From assembly GCA_963711835.1 (NCBI GenBank), contig CAVQFQ010000005.1, positions 128,001-192,000 on the forward strand: a DNA stretch of 64,000 nt, in the 5' to 3' direction. The translations under genes were made by a program, and so were the position numbers. The DNA is from an uncultured delta proteobacterium (GTDB taxonomy: Bacteria; Desulfobacterota; RBG-13-43-22). Positions 59,789 to 64,000 of this stretch are shown piece after piece. The notes beneath the pieces were generated by a model. That model saw only the letters and a list, made by a program, of their open reading frames with translations, ran no database searches and was not told the DNA's origin. Position 1 is the first letter of the stretch. Each line of letters starts with the position of its first letter.

Positions 59789-60484
59789 CTATTCACCAGA
59801 ATTTTGGCGTAGATGGTCGAGCGTACGGCGGAACCCGTCGGCCGTATAGTCTCCTCGATACGACCTCAAAGATCTTATGGTCCAACCATGGTCGGCATCT
59901 GGATACTCAACGACTTCCAACATGACTTTGCCTCCGCTCGTCTTTGCAGCACTAGCCAACTTCCGGGCTGTTTCAATTAGGCAGCAGTTCTTGTAGGTAT
60001 CGCGCCCCCCGGCAAACATCAGTGTTGGCACCTTGATCTTTGAGACAAAGGCGTCTGCATCTGTGATGTAGTAGGTTGCCGGATAGGAAACTACAACCGC
60101 TGAAACCAACTCCTGCATCCGTGTCGCATAGGTCAGGGAAGAGGCCCCGCCGAGAGAAAAGCCAATCACCGCGACCTTGCCCGGCAAAGCGTGGGGCGAC
60201 TGTTGTGCGCGAGTAATAACACCCTTCAGGAGAGCCTCGCCACCACCACCCTTGACCCAGAAGTCATTACCGTCGACAAGAACTGCGTAATAGCCTTTCT
60301 CGGCGAGATCCTTTGCATAGTACGCGTAGTTGCCTGGACCCGTTTGTCCGGAGACGACAACGACCACTCTCCCTTTCCCGTTCGGCGGTTCATATTCCTT
60401 CTGGGAAGGCAGAGAGTCTTCCGCGTAAGCCCGACTCAGGCAGACAAAGAGCATTATTGCGATGACACGACAAACTACTCTCAT
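59789..60484 (-). CDS. Secreted dienelactone-hydrolase-like alpha/beta hydrolase
   Basis: Signal peptide, GFSLGG nucleophile elbow, FAGGRD and YPDADHGW. ATG 60484 follows AGGAGG. Confidence 0.85.
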   Translation of the reverse strand: MRVVCRVIAIMLFVCLSRAYAEDSLPSQKEYEPPNGKGRVVVVVSGQTGPGNYAYYAKDLAEKGYYAVLVDGNDFWVKGGGGEALLKGVITRAQQSPHALPGKVAVIGFSLGGASSLTYATRMQELVSAVVVSYPATYYITDADAFVSKIKVPTLMFAGGRDTYKNCCLIETARKLASAAKTSGGKVMLEVVEYPDADHGWTIRSLRSYRGDYTADGFRRTLDHLRQNSGE

Positions 60485-60527
60485 GACAAATCCTCCTCTG
60501 ATTTTTTGGCATTGGGTCGGACCATCC

Positions 60528-61250
60528 CTATAGCTTCGACTCAATCCCTTCCTTTCTTTTTCCGAAAGTTTGCTCATAAGTTAAATAAGAGCCTAATCTC
60601 ACTATTAAGAATAGAGCGCAAATTATCAGTACGACGTCAACATAGGCCCCTAACCTGAAAATACCGAAAAAGCCAAAATAGAGAGTTATCAGAGCAACCG
60701 CCGCCTCCAATATAGCTGATCTTGGTTTTTGACTCAGACAGAGAAAACCACAAACGGTTACCATTGTAGGGCAGTTTACCGCCCCCAATGGTGAATATAA
60801 GAATGCCTTCAACCAAACAGGGCTTTCGACCCAATGCAAGTACCAAAAACCGAATACCAACCCAAGAATGCCGAAAAATAAATTGACCGGTGCAATATTC
60901 CTAAGATCAAAGGTCAGCTTCTTTGTAAAGTAGGCATGAATAATGAGGACAAAGAACATCGCGAAAATAATGATATTCGGTGCTATCACATACTTTACTG
61001 AAATGATTGTCGCAGAAAGGGAGAGAAAAGCAATGAATGAAAAAAACAGCCTATTTCTAATCTTCTCAAAAAGTAACCCGAGCCCTATAACCACTAAGAA
61101 CAAGATGTGTACGAAAGCTGAATAGGTTTTTACTTCCTTTGAAACATTTTCCAGCATGCTTGTAATTGCTTCAGGTGTTTTCATGAAAGTAAGGACAAAA
61201 ATAGCCAAAAGCAGCAACCCAAGAACAATCCACTTCATTCTATTTTTCAT
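60528..61250 (-). CDS. Hypothetical polytopic membrane protein
   Basis: About 7 TM segments and an SPLGAVNCPT motif; AT-rich. Confidence 0.75.
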   Translation of the reverse strand: MKNRMKWIVLGLLLLAIFVLTFMKTPEAITSMLENVSKEVKTYSAFVHILFLVVIGLGLLFEKIRNRLFFSFIAFLSLSATIISVKYVIAPNIIIFAMFFVLIIHAYFTKKLTFDLRNIAPVNLFFGILGLVFGFWYLHWVESPVWLKAFLYSPLGAVNCPTMVTVCGFLCLSQKPRSAILEAAVALITLYFGFFGIFRLGAYVDVVLIICALFLIVRLGSYLTYEQTFGKRKEGIESKL

Positions 61251-61323
61251 GGATTCCCCTCCATACAATGGAATGATTAATCACCAGATATACATTGCTT
61301 TTGAATTTTGTGAAGTCAATTGC

Positions 61324-61382
61324 ACATAACGGGGAGTTGAGCCGCCAAGGTTCGAGGTTGGCTCCAACGTCTTGGGTTGGGC
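61324..61382 (-). mobile_element. attC-like site 3 (59 bp)
   Basis: ACATAAC..GTTGAGCC ... GGCT(C)CAAC..GTTGGGC. Confidence 0.75.
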
Positions 61383-61459
61383 AATGCTTTTTCCTCTCGC
61401 CGTTGTCCTCTGTCAGAGGCTGACCCCGCCTCCCGAGATTAACAATCGCCGTATTTTAT

Positions 61460-61849
61460 CTAACCGACAGGTGCCTTGCGCCAGGGATAAAGGGCGAGAA
61501 AAGCCACGACAAAGACAACATCAATGATAGGTACCATTCCCGCCTGGCTGAAGTTAACATTACCTCGAATAATGAAGTATAACGCGGATAATGCGTCAAG
61601 AAGAGACCACGCTATGGCCAATTGTACCCACATAATGTGCTTCAGCGGGTTCCGTGCCGCGATGATAACAAAGACGCCAGCGACGATATAGGATATGCCA
61701 ATGAACGCCAGAAAGTATGGCACGTATGTAGGCGCCTTCTCAAAACCAAACATGGAACATAATTGCTCAGGAGCAAAGACGAACCCAAGACCGAATAAAA
61801 TACCTACCGCCGCCCAAACAATCATCGCTACCGTTAGACCTTTTATCAT
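61460..61849 (-). CDS. Small 4-TM membrane protein
   Basis: SD GGAGGTGA and four hydrophobic segments. Confidence 0.78.
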   Translation of the reverse strand: MIKGLTVAMIVWAAVGILFGLGFVFAPEQLCSMFGFEKAPTYVPYFLAFIGISYIVAGVFVIIAARNPLKHIMWVQLAIAWSLLDALSALYFIIRGNVNFSQAGMVPIIDVVFVVAFLALYPWRKAPVG

Positions 61850-61940
61850 GGCTCACCTCCATTAGTAAGATTGACGCTATCATACCATGTCGTGTAATCG
61901 CCGCATATGTCATGAACTCGCACTTATCCGGTTGCCTCGT

Positions 61941-62129
61941 TCAGTCCATTACCAGCCTTTGCACTTTTTGATCCAATACGGACAACCCGTATCGCTTCCG
62001 GGCTTCAAAAAGCCATCCCAGCCACCGCTGTCGATCCCTGGCAAATTTTAAAAGGAATTCCCGCTTATGGCATCGATGGGTGATATGCCAAACCTGATTT
62101 GAAACAAAATATCGATTGGCTCGCGGCAT
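61941..62129 (-). pseudogene. Truncated Y1/HUH (RAYT/IS200-like) transposase, N-terminus only
   Basis: MPRANR...WHITHRCHKREFLL..ARDR..W...RYGLSVL breaks off just before the expected NHxH motif. Confidence 0.82.
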
Positions 62130-62235
62130 CGGTGTTCCGCTTAGAAGCCTATTCTCGGGGGTAAAATGGGGACTTTAAGGCTCTTTTTACCCCTTATTTT
62201 TGATATAATTCTCTAAGAATTCAGCTAAAGAGCCA

Positions 62236-63249
62236 CTACACTTTTACGATGAGCTTGCCTTTGTTTGTTCCGTCAAAAAGCTTGTTGATACTCCGAGGTA
62301 CCTGTTCGAGACCCTCGACCACATCAACCCGGTAGCGAAGTTTGCCCTCCCCGTACCATTTCATTAGGTCCGCCATGGCTTCTCCAGCACGGGCAAAGTA
62401 GTCAAGCACAAGGAACCCTTCCATGCGCGCCCGCTTGATGATGAGATTCGCAAGAAAATACGGACCGGGCGCAGGTTCGGTGTTGTTGTACATCGAGATC
62501 ATCCCGCACAGAACAATCCGCGCACGGAGGTTGATAAGCGCAAGGGCAGCGTCCAGCACAGTACCACCGACGTTTTCGTAATGCACGTCGATCCCGTTAG
62601 TGCAGACGTCCTTGAGCCTCTCAAGGACGGGTTCTCTCTTGTAGTTAATGGCGGCATCGAAGCCGAGCTCATCCGTAATCCATGTGCACTTCTCGTCACT
62701 GCCGGCGATCCCCACAACGCGGCACCCCTTGATCTTGCCGATCTGGCCTACCAAAGAGCCAACTGCACCGGCTGCGGCAGAAATCACGAGGGTTTCTCCT
62801 GGCTGGGGCCTGCCGATCTCAAGAAGCCCGAAGTAGGCAGTAAGCCCAACGAGGCCAAAGAGACCGAAGTATGCGGTCAACGGGATGGCGGGGTTTTCCG
62901 GTAGCACCTGCAACCAACTACCGTCTGAAAGGGCGTAATCCTGCCAGCCAAGCATTCCCGATACATAGGCTCCTTCCGGGAACTGGTTATTCCGCGACTG
63001 TTCCACCACCCCAATGGCGCCGCCCCTCATGACTTCTCCAATAGCCACCGGGGGGAGATAGCCCGGAAGGTCCGTTACCCATCCCCGCATCGTGGGATCG
63101 AGGGAAAGGTAGAGGTTGCGGACGAGGACCTGTCCCTCCTTTGGATCTGGTATTGGCTCCTCTCGAAAGGCAAAATCCGACTCCTTGATGAGTCCGACCG
63201 GCCGAGCCGCGAGACACCACTGACGATTCATCGTTCTGCCCGTTGCCAT
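62236..63249 (-). CDS. NADP-dependent oxidoreductase (CurA/prostaglandin reductase-like MDR)
   Basis: LAARPVG, YLSLDP.MR, TAYFGL, SAAAGAVGS, ENVGG and N.GKL. SD AGGAGG. Confidence 0.93.
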   Translation of the reverse strand: MATGRTMNRQWCLAARPVGLIKESDFAFREEPIPDPKEGQVLVRNLYLSLDPTMRGWVTDLPGYLPPVAIGEVMRGGAIGVVEQSRNNQFPEGAYVSGMLGWQDYALSDGSWLQVLPENPAIPLTAYFGLFGLVGLTAYFGLLEIGRPQPGETLVISAAAGAVGSLVGQIGKIKGCRVVGIAGSDEKCTWITDELGFDAAINYKREPVLERLKDVCTNGIDVHYENVGGTVLDAALALINLRARIVLCGMISMYNNTEPAPGPYFLANLIIKRARMEGFLVLDYFARAGEAMADLMKWYGEGKLRYRVDVVEGLEQVPRSINKLFDGTNKGKLIVKV

Positions 63250-63279
63250 AGGACACCTCCTTTTTCGTTTTTTTGGCTT

Positions 63280-63343
63280 GCCCAACGGTCGGTTTCACCG
63301 GCGCGGGGCTTTATCAGCGTCCGCGTGGAAACCGTTGTTATGC
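63280..63343 (-). mobile_element. attC-like site 4 (64 bp)
   Basis: GCCCAAC..GGTTTCACCGGCGC ... GCG(T)CCGCGT(G)GAAACC..GTTATGC, with classic extrahelical T and G on the plus (bottom) strand. Confidence 0.87.
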
Positions 63344-63344
63344 G

Positions 63345-63503
63345 CGTCGCCCTATCCGCTTCTTCAGCTCGTCCAATTGCTGGCTTTACGCGGTGTACCA
63401 TTGCAGGGCAGTTTGGGCACAGGGGCCCCATGTCCTGAATTGGGTCCACCACATATTTAGCTCCGATTTCCGATAGTTCTTTTAACATGGATGAAGCCGT
63501 CAC
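63345..63503 (-). pseudogene. C-terminal remnant of an HNH endonuclease (McrA-like)
   Basis: LSEIGAKYVVDPIQDMGPLCPNCPAMVHR resembles the L.P.CPNCHAM.H tail of HNH nucleases, with His replaced by Pro. Confidence 0.68.
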
Positions 63504-63521
63504 CGAGTTTGCTGTAAACTT

Positions 63522-63585
63522 CCATAATGCCGCGCCTCACAAGCCGCGAGTTAACGAGCGGTCCTCGTGCAAGCACATGTTAGGC
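63522..63585 (-). mobile_element. attC-like site 5, degenerate (64 bp)
   Basis: CCATAAT..CAC AAG CCGC ... GCGG T CCT C GTG ..GTTAGGC. The R' box is mutated (ATT instead of GTT). Confidence 0.58.
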
Positions 63586-63833
63586 GCGAGATTTGGATCA
63601 ACGGGAATCATTTCCGCAACCAGAGTTTCAGGCGCAATGTCTTGTTCATGCGGCCAGGTGACTGCACCGAACAGTATGCCTACTTGATTGAAGTATTGGA
63701 CATCTCGAAGCTCGCGAAATACCCCATGATCAAGATAGGGCTTTAAATCAAAAATTCCCTTGCGCCCATCCTCAATCTCTACATAGATACGATAATCCGG
63801 CAGCGGTTTAACAATCTTTACATCCCAGTACAT
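63537..63833 (-). CDS. DUF2442 family protein (antitoxin-like)
   Basis: VKPLPDYRI...DG..G.FDLKPYL..GVF.EL.D..YF.QV....VTWPHEQDIAPETL. Confidence 0.87.
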   Translation of the reverse strand: MYWDVKIVKPLPDYRIYVEIEDGRKGIFDLKPYLDHGVFRELRDVQYFNQVGILFGAVTWPHEQDIAPETLVAEMIPVDPNLAPNMCLHEDRSLTRGL

Positions 63834-63842
63834 GATGGCACC

Positions 63843-63915
63843 TCACAGGGGATCTATTTTATAGGGAGTTTCTCCACTTACAGCCAGTTCCCAATCAGCT
63901 ACTAACTCATCGTGC
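63843..63915 (-). pseudogene. C-terminal fragment of a DUF4160 protein
   Basis: Minus strand reads HDELVADWELAVSGETPYKIDPL*. The sequence further upstream does not resemble the family. Confidence 0.7.
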
Positions 63916-64000
63916 CGGATGCAACATCGAAATACTTGGCTGCACGGATGCAACGCTGGCAGGCGACCTCTATAACCCACAGAAGATCGAGCTGGTCTCT

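Noticed and set aside
60485-60527. attC site between the membrane protein and hydrolase genes
   Set aside because: The 43-bp gap has no R boxes or palindrome.

Overview
This window looks like chromosomal DNA from a deltaproteobacterium (Desulfobacterota-like). That placement is inferred from gene content and gene order, not from a search. Bases 1-58936 are housekeeping genes: aconitase, panBE, folD, pilT/pilU, recD2, cysK, korDABC, coaD-rsmD, asd-leuBDCA-pssA-psd-ilvCNB, pgpA-cinA-thpR-recA-alaS, alr, argS, secA and argJ. From about 58950 to the end lies a minus-strand integron-type cassette array with five attC-like sites, toxin-antitoxin and small accessory genes, and no integrase inside the window. 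The most unusual signal is intergenic. A family of ~215-bp non-coding elements (called B here) has four complete copies and three fragments. The copies share a ~150-bp core with fixed motifs and spacing, but their ~32-bp terminal inverted repeats differ between copies while staying self-complementary. Three of the four complete copies sit inside three different host MITEs. Two hosts have 8-bp target-site duplications and one also occurs empty. One fragment has the core flipped relative to its host, and two fragments appear to supply ribosome-binding sites. Also present are a pan RNA motif with terminator before panB, a small basic ORF missing from the ORF track, heptamer micro-repeat scars, and several single-base frameshifts that are probably sequencing errors. 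All alignments and counts were done by eye.
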